Shown here: one piece after another, positions 47,601-59,600 of the stretch
How the letters are laid out: each line of letters starts with the position of its first letter
Position numbering within the stretch: the stretch's first letter is position 1
Assembly (NCBI RefSeq): GCF_001949145.1
Contig: NW_019091359.1
Coordinates: forward strand, 3,956,460 to 4,020,459
Length of the DNA: 64,000 nt
Direction of reading: 5' to 3'
DNA from: Acanthaster planci
Lineage: Eukaryota
Notes under the pieces: model-generated
Seen by the model: the letters and a program-made list of their open reading frames with translations, nothing else
The model's database searches: none
Told to the model about the DNA's origin: nothing
Translations under genes and position numbers: made by a program

Positions 47601-50600
47601 CTAGAGCTAAATGCATGCACTCTGTTCATTTTTGTGATCGCCTTATTGAACGAACTTGTACATTGTGCATGTACCTATGACGATCTTGAGACCCGATTGA
47701 GAGAGCCAACTTAGCTGGAGATAGTGGAGTGGAGTATTTGTGTTGCCTAAATGCAGTAATGCAGGGCTCAACACGTGGTGCATTTACTTTCCTATGGGCA
47801 TGTACAGTACACCATTTGGAGCTTATTGTGATAATTTTAGGTATATTGATTTACACGATATCCTGATATGTGTTTTTACGAACAATACGATATCTGATAT
47901 CTTAATAGGCTTAATAATGAGCAGCATAGATGATTTTCAAGTTCATTTAAAAAACAGTATCCAAACCTTTAAACCTTTGGCAGCTGTTTTCTTGTTCTCT
48001 GTCTTTAAATGCCAGATTACCGCCGTACTTTAACCATCAAAACCAAGCTTACAAGTGAAGAGATTACTGATGAGGTGCTAGTGTCACTCCTAGCTGAACT
48101 CCAATTGAAGCAGTCTTCAGAGAATAAGGCCTTGAACAAGATCCTGTCATTTGATGAGGTGTGTGAAGGTGCATAGAAGTGGAAGTGAAGGAGATTCTGT
48201 GCTGAGCAAATAAGCAGCCTGTGAAAAAAATGCACTGAAACAGGTCTTGATGACCCACTAGCCTGTAGTACAAATCCTAGTAATTATTGTGGTCTTGTAA
48301 AATGTACATGTATAATGTTCCTTGCCCGGTGGGCTACTAAAAGACGTGCATGTTGTTCTCTCCATGTACAAACATGCATAGCCTGATTTTTGCAGAATTT
48401 TCTAATTCTTGCATTGTACTCTTGTGATGAAAAACATTAACCTATTAGCTGGTGACCTGAATTTCCTCTGCAACAAATTTGGTTGTGCCAGAGCAAACCT
48501 TTCCATTCTGTCAACACTTGACATATTTATTTATGTTTAAATGAAATAATGAAAAAAATTTTGCTTCTGGGATTAAAGCCATAGGTCTGGTATCCATGAT
48601 GTCAGCATTGATTTTTTTCACTTTTTGTTTTAAATTAGGAAAATCCTCAAAAGTTATCCAAGTTGCTGCAAATATTAATTTTTTCAATAATCTAAATTCC
48701 ACCAATTATTACTGTCAAATTATTATCATTATTAATCAATTTCACTTGCAAGTCAACCTTTATTAATGCTAATATCAATGTCTCTTTCTAAGGATCCTGA
48801 GATGCTAGAAACTGACAATGAACTCATCAAGCAACTGATCAGTAGTCAGCGCAAAGCCAGGCGGGAACTGCAGCTCAAAAACCTGGAGGCAGTAGTGTTT
48901 GGTGGTCTAGCTGCCATCAAGGAGGAAGATGAGAAACAACTAGAGGCAGAGAGCAAGGAGGAGGAGACCAAAATGATGCAGGAATTGGAAAAAGAAATTG
49001 AGCAGGAGAAACAGGAACTGCAGGAAAAAGGTAACTTATTGACAAAAAAGAAAGATGATAAGGTGTTGAAAGATTTACATCAGAATGGCTGGAGAGTTGG
49101 GCTTTGTGAATTTTGTAATTGTCAGTGTGATTTGTTGATATTGATTTATAATTTTATTTTACTTGTTCCCTCAAGCTTAACCATTAGCTAAAAAATGATT
49201 GATTTTTTATGTCATTAACTCCTTTGGTGTGATAAAGATAAGGTTACAAGGCTTATTTGAATTGTGGTTGACCAGTTGTCAGAAAAGCTCACAGTTCCCT
49301 GCTGTTCACTGCAGTGCACTGCAGTGTTACATGCCAATAATGACACCTCCCACACTGTCCAAAAATTTTGTCCGTAGTTGTTAATATTAAATACACTATT
49401 ACGATGTCAAAGATGAACAAATGAAATCTCCAACTTTTGTGAACTTAATATACCAATTCATTGTTATCTCTCTGGTGAAGCTGTTTAACACTTAAATCCC
49501 ATCTATGGCTGCAAACTTATATTGAGTGACACTTCTCTTTCTTGTTCTTCTCTTGGATACAATTACATTAAACTCTCAGGAATAGGTAAGTTAGAAAGCA
49601 AGTCTTTGTGATCAGTGTGTCCATGATCTTTCACTGTTACACTTTTAACACAGTGCTCTTTTCTGAAATTAGTTTGTATTTTGTATATTTCGTATTTGAT
49701 TCTAGTCCAGGTTTCTCAGTGGAATGCATATTAAACTCTAATGATTTTGATGCTTGACTGTACTTCAGGTCCAAATGCAGATTACTACAACCCTTCCAGC
49801 AGAAAGAATAATGGGAAAGAGTCCAATCAAACTGTCATTGAATGCTCTGATTTTTAAGTTTTTGTGAACGGTTTCCCAAACATGTTCAGTGAGAGCAGCT
49901 TTCAAGCAGGTGTCCTAGTCAAGAAAGCATCATAAGATATCGCTATAAAGTTTTGGTCACATGTGACAAGTTGCAAAAGAAGCACAACTGAAATTTGTAT
50001 GATGGACTTTCCTCACTAAATATATGTCATGGAGGTCAAATTAGAAATAATGAGTGATTTGACTCGATAATACTGGAATGTCCATTTTGTTTGGTTGAAT
50101 GACCCATTGAAAATATTTTTTGACTTTGTGTACCTATCTGAATACCATTGTATCATTTCTTTTTATCTTGAGTTTTTCCATGAGCCATATACTCTTCAAC
50201 TTCTAGAGTGTATTTTATGTATATGACCTTTGACTTGTAACTCTGTTGTCCTCTTTTCATATTTTGTGTTCGGCTTCTTTACGTACCTGTACAACTCAGT
50301 TTCTATCAAATCTCTTCTTCACCTCATTTCTTTGTGATTCAAAGGCAAATACTTTACTATTTGCATGTGATCTTAACCATCTTGAGCAAGTATGCCTTAA
50401 CTTTAGTACATGTACATGTATGTACACGTCCATGGTGTAATTTATACACCACGTATGTTATCATTTTCTTTGTTGTGTTACTGTGCAGCCAGTAAATACT
50501 AATATCCTGTCAAAGTTGAATTGGCATATATTTTGCACAATTTAACTTTTACATGAAACTTAAAGGCCAACTGTTTTGTCCCTTCTTTTGAAAATCTGAA

Positions 50601-53600
50601 TCTTGTAAAGTTTTTTCTGTCAGTATTTCAGACCTCAAATTTCTGTGACTGATATGTTTGTTATTTGTCTGTTAATTTAATAGTTTGGTTGTTTTTAATC
50701 ACAAATACGTGTAAAAAGGCACTGCAATTTTATGCCATCAAGCAATGCAAGTAAAACTATGTTCACTGTCATGCTGTCAGGAAGATCAGCAGATCAGTGC
50801 TGAATATTGTTCATAGTACACAAAGTGAAAGCTGTATTAACGTTTCTGGGTTGGTCAGGTTTCATTACATCATTATCTATTGCTTTTATTTGAAAGAAAA
50901 AAAGCATATTGGAATAAATTGGATTTGCTATTGCTTTATTTGAAAGCAATGAAGCATATTGGAATAAAGTTATTCTAAACAGAAATTTGTGAGTAAACCC
51001 ATGCAATTTACTTCTTTTGCAAACCTGAATATTTCTTTTGATGCAAGCCTCAGTCAGTCACTAATATTGTTTTCTGCATTTTTGTATAGTAAATGCAATG
51101 AAAGCTACTGGCGAGAATGTAGACCCTTCAGCACTTTTGGCTGAATTGGAGGCACAACATGCAGCTAAGAGAAAGGTCAGGGTTAATGAATAGAGAACAT
51201 AAACTAAATGTTTCTACCATTTCTAAGGCATCTTGTGAATGTGCACTAATCACATGTTCTTATACATGAAGCAGGTGTAATTGTAGTTTTTATGTTTCTG
51301 TCATTTTCTGAGGAGAGTAAGGCTAATTGTGCTTCTACAGCAGTCATTTAGAGGAAGTTATTTCAAATATGGTATGGAATAGCACACAAGTAATCACCTC
51401 ATTTGACATTGCTTGGCAAGGATTGTTCTAATAAAGAGTGAAATACTGACCTTCTTACATCCCTTGCAGACCATGCAAGACCAGTTGCAGCGGCAGCGAC
51501 GTTTGATGAGGAGTAGGTTGGCTGAGAGAAGACAGAAGCAAGAGGACAAGGAGTATGAAGAAGATGCAGCGATGGCATTAATTCAGAATGCAGAACATAT
51601 CCAGAATAAGCGAGACCAGGATGCCCAGATGATGAAAGAGAAGCAGACTAGCCTGGTGAGATAATGATGTGTGATATATGTTGTTCAGGTGTTTTCAAGA
51701 CAAGTCTTCAAACCTCATATGTAGTGCTAGTTCTGGGTCTTAGCTTCACATTTCAGTCATCTACATTCATTCTGTTGTTTATTCAGATTCCTGCTTTTTA
51801 ATGAGTGAAGTAACTGATTTATACTATGGGTCCAACCATTCTGGGGGCAAGTTCGGGTGCGAACTACAGCTCAACCATTCATCAATTTTGTTTAACAAAG
51901 AAATGTGCCATACAGTTATGATGGAAAGTTGTAGAATCTCATTATTACATTGTTTACACTTCCCTGGCTTACATGGTCAATGACATATTGTACAGTGAGA
52001 CTATCATGTTTATGGTTCTCTCTGTTTTGATAAATGAAATCAGCTATTACTTAGTAACTAGCAGTGTGGCCATGCTTCAGGGCTGAGCTCAAATAGATTC
52101 AGGGCCTAGCTTCAAACTAGAATTTCCAAAACACCCATATTGTGGGGGATGCTGGTTGAATTATAGTTTACTATGTGCATTGTTTGAATTTGCCGGAGGT
52201 TGTTTTTAATAGTTGTTCAACCAGTTATATCTTTGTTGACTAGTGCCTTTTGGACATTGGTTGAACTATGCGTAGAAAGAAGTTGTGATTATACTTGTTC
52301 CCATGTTGCCTTTCAAGAGTCTTTCGAAAGGAAATAACCAAAACTTGTTCTTGCAGTTGTTGAGAAGCTTAAAGCCCTTAATTGTTTATTTTCAGATGAA
52401 GGACCGCTTGGCCCAACGTCGTGAGAAACGTCATCAGGCAGAAATGGCTAAGGAAGAGGAAGAAAGAAAGAAAAAGGAGGCAGAAGAAGCCAAGAAAACC
52501 AAAGATGCTGCAGCTGAACGTTTGGTACAGAGACATTCCTCCAGTTATTCCAGAACCCCTTATGCTCGTAAAGGAGAATTATTTGTTCACACAATGTGCA
52601 AACTACAAATCCACATACTCAATCTTTCGAAGAGGAATCCTTGCAATTGTTTCCTGTGCTGCTTTGCATTTTTTTCATCAAGTTTTATCCATTTTTGTTA
52701 ATTTGTATATAAGGAACCAATGTCTAATAGTTGTTAGAGTAGAAAAGGCGCCAGAAAGTAACAATTTTGTAACTTGGTTGCATTTTGTGCATTGTTATCT
52801 AGTCAATCAATGAGGAAACATATTGCACACTGATTGATTAAGTGAGGGTTACGAACTTGCCCAAGGGAAAGCTGAATGATAAAATAAGAGTTTGCATTGC
52901 CACTACAGAAACAGCCCTGGTATCTGTCCAGTAAAATTGATTTTGTCAGTTTTGAGATTTCTTCAGTCCTGTGTCTTCACATGAATGCACAAGATTTGAA
53001 AACGGCCGCTTAAAAACAGAAGCAAAAATTCTGATTTTCCAATGTTTTCAATGTAGCCTCCTGGTCTAGGGATGCAGCGAGAGAAGACTGTGATTGATGT
53101 ATCAGTATCTGAGGAGAAGAAGAAAGCATTGTTTGATACACTGGTACGGGAACACACAAAGGCACAGTTGAAGATTGAGATGGAACAAGAGAAACAGACT
53201 CAACAGGTCAGTCAAGATAGGAACTTATTATGACAAGATTCTGTCTTGCATCCTGTTAGCTATAGAGGAGCTGGTGCCGTTGAACATGTTGATGGGGGGG
53301 CAATATTTCAGATTGTATAGTTGACAGATGAGTCTAGTCCTTCCAATTCCAAATTGTTGATTCAATCATGTCGTGGTAGCCATTTTACAGCTGTGTCTTA
53401 TAATTCCATAGCTGATGATTCCCCATGTGGCAATGTTTTATCTAGACAGAAAGCCTCAAAATGATATTTTTCTAAGGTTGTGTTTAAAATATCTGCCAAT
53501 CTTTTTCCAACAGTTAAAGGAGCGTATCCAGCAGCGTAAGAATCGTTACCAGGATGCTGCCACCATGCTGTTAGGCTTAGGTGAACGTCAGAAGACAATG

Positions 53601-56600
53601 GTGGCCAAATCACAGAAGGTAAACATGTAGAAAACTATAGAATCATACCAAACTTAAAAACTCTTTTGAGCTCAGAAAACATAAACCACCACCAAACAAA
53701 CACCTTACTTTTAAGCCGGAGATGTTGTTGGTTCAATAAAGTCTCTTTAAAGCTTGTGAATTTCTTCTCATATTAAGGTGTTTGAATTGTGCATTACCCA
53801 ATGTTAGAGTGTACATTTGACAAAAACATTAACATCCTTTTTACTCCAAAAATATTAGCTAAAAAAATAATTCATCTCTCTGTTAATATCTGTTGCTTGT
53901 TATTCACTGTCAAAGTCCCTTTTTTTCTTCTGTTTGTGTTTGATTCTTACTGTATATGTGCATCATACATGTATGATATCTTGAGTGTGTTTAGTAACAC
54001 CTAGACTGTATCAATAAAACAGATGCTACTTACATGTTCCTTCAAATTAATCCCTGTGTATTCGGTACCTTCTCCATGCCTCCAAGCACCTTTAAAGTTC
54101 TCCTTGATGGCTCATGTTCCCAAGGGGCTCGAAATATGTTCCCTTGAGGAGCTTTCAAAGTTGGGAAGAGCCAGAAGTCCAGGGTGCTAGATCTGGCAAG
54201 TATTGAAGGCATTCCAGAATAGGGCAGTGTGTGCAAGGGCATTGTTGTGATGCAGGATCCATTGCCACAAGAAGTGCCTTGTGCATCGGATTCGTGCCAT
54301 CAGGCAGGTTCACACTTCTCTGTAGAAATGCTGGTTCACAGTTTTCCCCTCCGACAGGAACTCATGGTGCACCTGTCCTTTTTTTAGGCGTATATATGAC
54401 TAACAATCTGAAATGGACAACCCATATTGATTTCTTGGTAAGGAAAGCCCAACAACGTCTGTTTAGTCTCAGAAGACTGAGGAGTTTCCGGGCCAGCCGA
54501 GGTCTGCCGGTGAAGTTCTATCAGGCAGTGGTTGAGAGTGTCCTGACCGGAAATGCCTTAATCCCGTTGTTAAAACTGCTAGCATTATAATTGGCTGGAA
54601 ATGGAAGAACTTTATGAGACAGGGGTCTTAAAGAAGAGCATGTCAATTGTTTCAGATGAATTCCATCCTGCTAATGACTTATTTCAGCGGATGAGATCAG
54701 ATAAACATTACAGATCAATTCGCGCGGATTCAACTCGAACCTTTAACAGTTTTATTCAAGTGCAGTTTGCTTATTGAACGTACATGTACAGGTGCAATCA
54801 AAGTCCTAATCAGTGATCCATCAGATTTTATTGTTATCTTCATCCCATTTTATTTAATCAATCGTCATTTTACCTGGTATGCTGTCTGAAATTTGTTGTC
54901 ATTCTGGTGTGAATTTTTGTAGTGTTGTTTATTATTGTTCTGAACATATATTTTGATTATCAAGTTTTTAACGCTTGCAAAACCACAACGAATTTCAGTG
55001 TATTTCAACAACTATGTTGGATACAAATAATATTAAATAAGTGAAATTGAATTGAGTTGAAATTGAAGAAGGCAAGGGCATGACCTTGATCTTGGACTTA
55101 TGCATGTGCTGGCCTTTGGTGTGGTTGACCTTGGCATCTTCCACTGGAAGCTCTGCTGTTGTGTTTCAAGATCATACTGGAAGACCTAGGTCTCATGCCC
55201 CATGATGACACTGAGGAACTCAGATTTTCATCCAGCTGCTGCAAAATGTGGTTGGACATGTCCATGGGGAGGGTCTTGTAATCCTTGGACTGCAACTTCA
55301 ACTTACCCAAATTGTCTACTGAGATTTTCCTCACAAACTCTTTATTCAGTCTTTCCACACTAGTTTATTAACCCTGGGGAAGTTGGTATTAGTTTGTCTT
55401 ATTCAGAAATTTGTCTTGACTTGCACTTGCCTCCACATTGTCCCACTCCTCTCTGAACTAGCTGTACCACTCAAAGACACATGCATGGGACATTGTCTCA
55501 TCCCTGTACACTTCTTTTGGCATGACATTACCAAGTACCAACTGCAAGGGGTCTGTGGAATTCATTGATTGCACCATGAACTGTCGTATTATGTGTACAG
55601 AGTCTGTGGATGTTACATGTACGTTACTTCATGGTCCATCAAAATGATCCTATATGTCACTTTGCGGTGACACTGACAAATTGTACAAAATGCAATACAG
55701 AGGTGCAAAACAATATCACTGTATAATTTTTGCTCAGCCTAGACATGACAAGGCTTTATTTACTCTTGGTTTCTTTAACTCATCTGGAATATCCTCTTGG
55801 ATCTCTAGTGAAGAGTTGAAGTACATGTATTCAAACACAATCTTTCTTGTTCTTCTCTGTAGGAGGAGCGAGACCGGCAGCTGACCATGGTTAAGGAGCG
55901 CATAGAGAAAGTGCGCTATGAGCGAACTCAGACCATGAAGCTGAAGAAAGACCTCAATGCCAAGACCTTCAAGGACATGATGGAACCAGACAGGGACAGT
56001 GGCCTGTCTAAGGATGAGAAAATGGCCCAGGTTGCTGCTAACATGCAGAGGAAATTCATGGAAGATGAACAGGAGATAAAGAAGGGTACCAAAAGGGTAG
56101 GTGGATCCTCATTGTTGTCTAGTGATTGTTGTAAATTTCAATTGGCTTTTCTGCAAAGCATTCTTTTTGTCAAGACTGAAGTTCTTCTTCCCGAAAACCC
56201 ATTCATTTTGGGCATGAATTTTCTACCGTCGACTTTAGTCCCTTTGTAAAGTGGTATCTTCGTGAAGCTTACCTACAGCAAGACCTAGTAGCAAAGATGT
56301 TCCTTGAAGGATGGCGTCTTGATGACGTCATCAGTTATCACGTGACTTGCCCTCAAAGTTGAATTCTTTGCAGGCCTATACATTGTATCTCCAGAACCAT
56401 ACGTCCAATCTTAGTAATCTTGGTACAGACACAAAACAAGATGTATTCTATGTGAAAATTGGAGTGACGTATTAACGACATCACGTCATCACCTGATTTC
56501 TCAAGATTTTTTAAAAATGTTCTTTTTTTTACATTTTTCTTGGCCTTTTTATTCTAACAAAATAACTTTCTTTTGCAGTACCTCAAGCGGGCTAAGTAAA

Positions 56601-59600
56601 TGTTTGGGTTGTTTGGAAAATGTTGTAATATCATTATGATGTCATCAAAAAGTATGATTTTTAATTCTTAACCACTTCCTGCCAGGGATTCCGGTACCGG
56701 ACACGTATGCTTTATATGCTTGACCGGGGTCTCCGAACTCGGCAAAGGGAACTGGGCCTTGTAACAAAAGACCGTACTCGGAACAAAAAACCAGGCAGCT
56801 GGGCATTACCGACATTTTTTCACTCTCAAAAGTGAAGATTATCCAGCCTTGTTTTGAAACATTATACCACAGTTTTGGGCATTTAGAGTGAGTGGATTAC
56901 TACCAGGGACTAAAGCGCTCCACCACCGCAGCAATGAGCCACACAGCAGTGCTGCACGCTAATCTGGCCCCCATTGAAAAGAGGTCAGCAGTGCACTGTG
57001 TCAGGTTCATGAACAAAAGAAAGTTATGTAACACCGCACAATCTGGGCTCTTTTTACAAGGCTGCAGGCCTGGCTGAAATACTTGGGTGTCCATAGGTTT
57101 GTCTGTCAGGCTAGAGTAGAGACCAGACAGTCCTTTTTGTGGGTGTACGTGTCCAGTAAGTTAAGAATTGTTGGAGAATTTTGAAAACAGACGAAAATAA
57201 TTATCCCACCACTGCAAATGGTTAATACTAAACAAGTTGAAATTCAGGTAGGTAGAGTCAACTCCAGATTGGTAAGTTACATCATCATAGACTATTGATT
57301 TCTTATTAATTTTTGAATATTTGCTCCTGTGTCATACATTTTTACTGTAATTTGGCCTTTGGCCATAAGTGTAAAAATAAACCAACCAAACCAAACATAT
57401 AAATTCGTAGCCCCAACATAAGGAACAACTCTGGGAACAACAGTCATTGTGTAATGTAGTCTTAAAACGAACGAATAATCCAGCTCTTAGAGTAATTTTA
57501 ATTCACATCTTCTCAACTATTTGTGGGATTAATTTCGCTCTTTCAGTGTGTAAAAGACTAGTTCATGTGCTTTAACACAATTCAAAACATATATTGTTAA
57601 AATTTAAATTGAGTCTTTCAAATTGGAGTTGAACGTTGACACCACAGTGAAATTCATTGTGTGAGTCTCATTTTTGTCTCAATTAAGACCACTCTTGGGG
57701 GCTTTGAACATGCGTAAGTTCACAGCCAACTCAGCTAATCTTTTCATTCTCCTGCTAAATAAGGAGTAAACCCTAAGGAATCTTCTGATATAAACCTTAT
57801 GCCAGGTGGATGAAATTTACTGTCGTCAAAACGACCATACAGAAAAAGGTTCAATCAGTGATGCTGTTGGATTCTCCATTAAAACCTACAGTGGACACCT
57901 TTCCCTTGCTGCACAACGTGTTTTTCCCACTACGAAGTTGTTAGCAAAGTATTATTATATACGGTTAGAAAGCTTAGGTATTGGTAATTCTTGTCATGTA
58001 TATTTTACGATGAAATACAGTAAGAAAGAGCTGTAACGATTGTGTAAAAAATGGCATTTCTAGCCTTGGAGGTATGAACAAGACACGTTGGTGTGCCAGA
58101 CTTGCCGGGTGCTACCATTTTCTCTGTAGGTAAATACGTGTATATGTACACCTATGTGCAGTAATTTGTGGGATATTTTCAGAATTATTGTAAAGAATTG
58201 TGAAAAAAAAATTAAAATACAAAAACAATCAAGAGAAGTAGACCCAGGCCCTTAAATGTATGTGTACACTCGTGTGGAGCACATCCACACACAATTGCAC
58301 GAACTCATCAATGTCAAAGGCTTCAACTTCAGTGTGGGATTTGGGCTAAAAGAATTGATATGCAAACCATGGCAGAAAACCACTGAGATGAGATTAGTGA
58401 CAACACAATTCATTGGTGTTTCATGCTTAGAAAAGGAAGGACTAAAAGCAAATCTGATTCCTGGGCCTCGTTCTTCCAACCCTTGAAAACTGACCTGGTA
58501 AGCTTTAATTGTTTTGAGCATGTGATTTAATCCGAATTCTTCCACAGTTAATGCGTTATAGTCATGTTGAAGCTACTGCAGCTCCGATGGCACTCAAGAT
58601 AAATGTTCCAACAATCAGGGTAACACCACACATTTTGCCAAAGAAGAAGTTGATGTGACCAAACTTTGCCATAACAGTGCGGTTTATTGCATTTATCAGC
58701 TAAAGGCAAGCAGTTGAAATTTTTGGTAATGGTGTTTCTGGGTACCAACTCATCAACAATTTGCCAAGTTTGAGCAAAAAGGCTTTAATAAAGCAGCTTA
58801 AAGGCTTATTAGTGGAAATTACAGGTGGATTAACCTTAGTAGTAACGTTTTTGTGGGTTTTTATGTTCTCTTTGTTTCAAAGCCTATTTTTCCACAACAA
58901 AATTTAATTTACAGTGATTAAGTTAGCTTTTCTGCAGCTCTGCAGGGGGTGTTACTTAAACCTTTCTTGGTAACCATTGTTCATGAATGTGTGTTTGGTT
59001 TGATTGTAACTTTTTTACCTGCAATAATGAATGAAATGAAATGAAGAGCATCCTCTCGATGAAGACTTCTGTTTAGAGTTCAAACTGCAGCAGCATTTCA
59101 GACAATGAAATATGACACTAAGAGTGTTTTGACATTGTCAACTGTTGACATGAACTTAGTCCAAATTCAAATTTTATTACTAATCAGAAGTAAGACATGT
59201 TTTTGTGTGATTTTGGACTTGTCGTTGCATAGTCTGACCAATCACAGCCACTTGTTCAAGCAAAGGTTCGATCACTGGATGGTGTCATTACTGGACCATT
59301 TTTTTCACCTTATGCTCTGGAAAACAATTCAGTTTCATGAACATCACTCAGCATTGACAGAGGTCAATCAGCCTCAAGCTTACTTTATCCCTGAATGATT
59401 TCCTCACATACATGTAACTCACAGCCAGCTAAGTACTAATCTGCTTTTTATTTGCTGTTTGAGCTTTGTACATGCAACTTTGTTAGCCTCCAATGGTGTC
59501 CCTACTACTGGATTTGGACTTTTCTTTAAAGGAAATTGACCTTTCAACATTGTGAAGGCCTACCCAAATGTTCACACATGTAGTAATTATATCTCGCATT

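Noticed and set aside
13543..48158. Five tandem paralogous genes instead of one gene
   Set aside because: There are no internal stops, promoters or CpG-rich starts between units, and all junctions stay in phase through the repeat boundaries.
57900..58760. Possible very decayed DNA-transposase fragment on the minus strand (…FDIDEFVQLCVDVLH…)
   Set aside because: The resemblance is faint and no termini were found; a BLASTX search would be needed.
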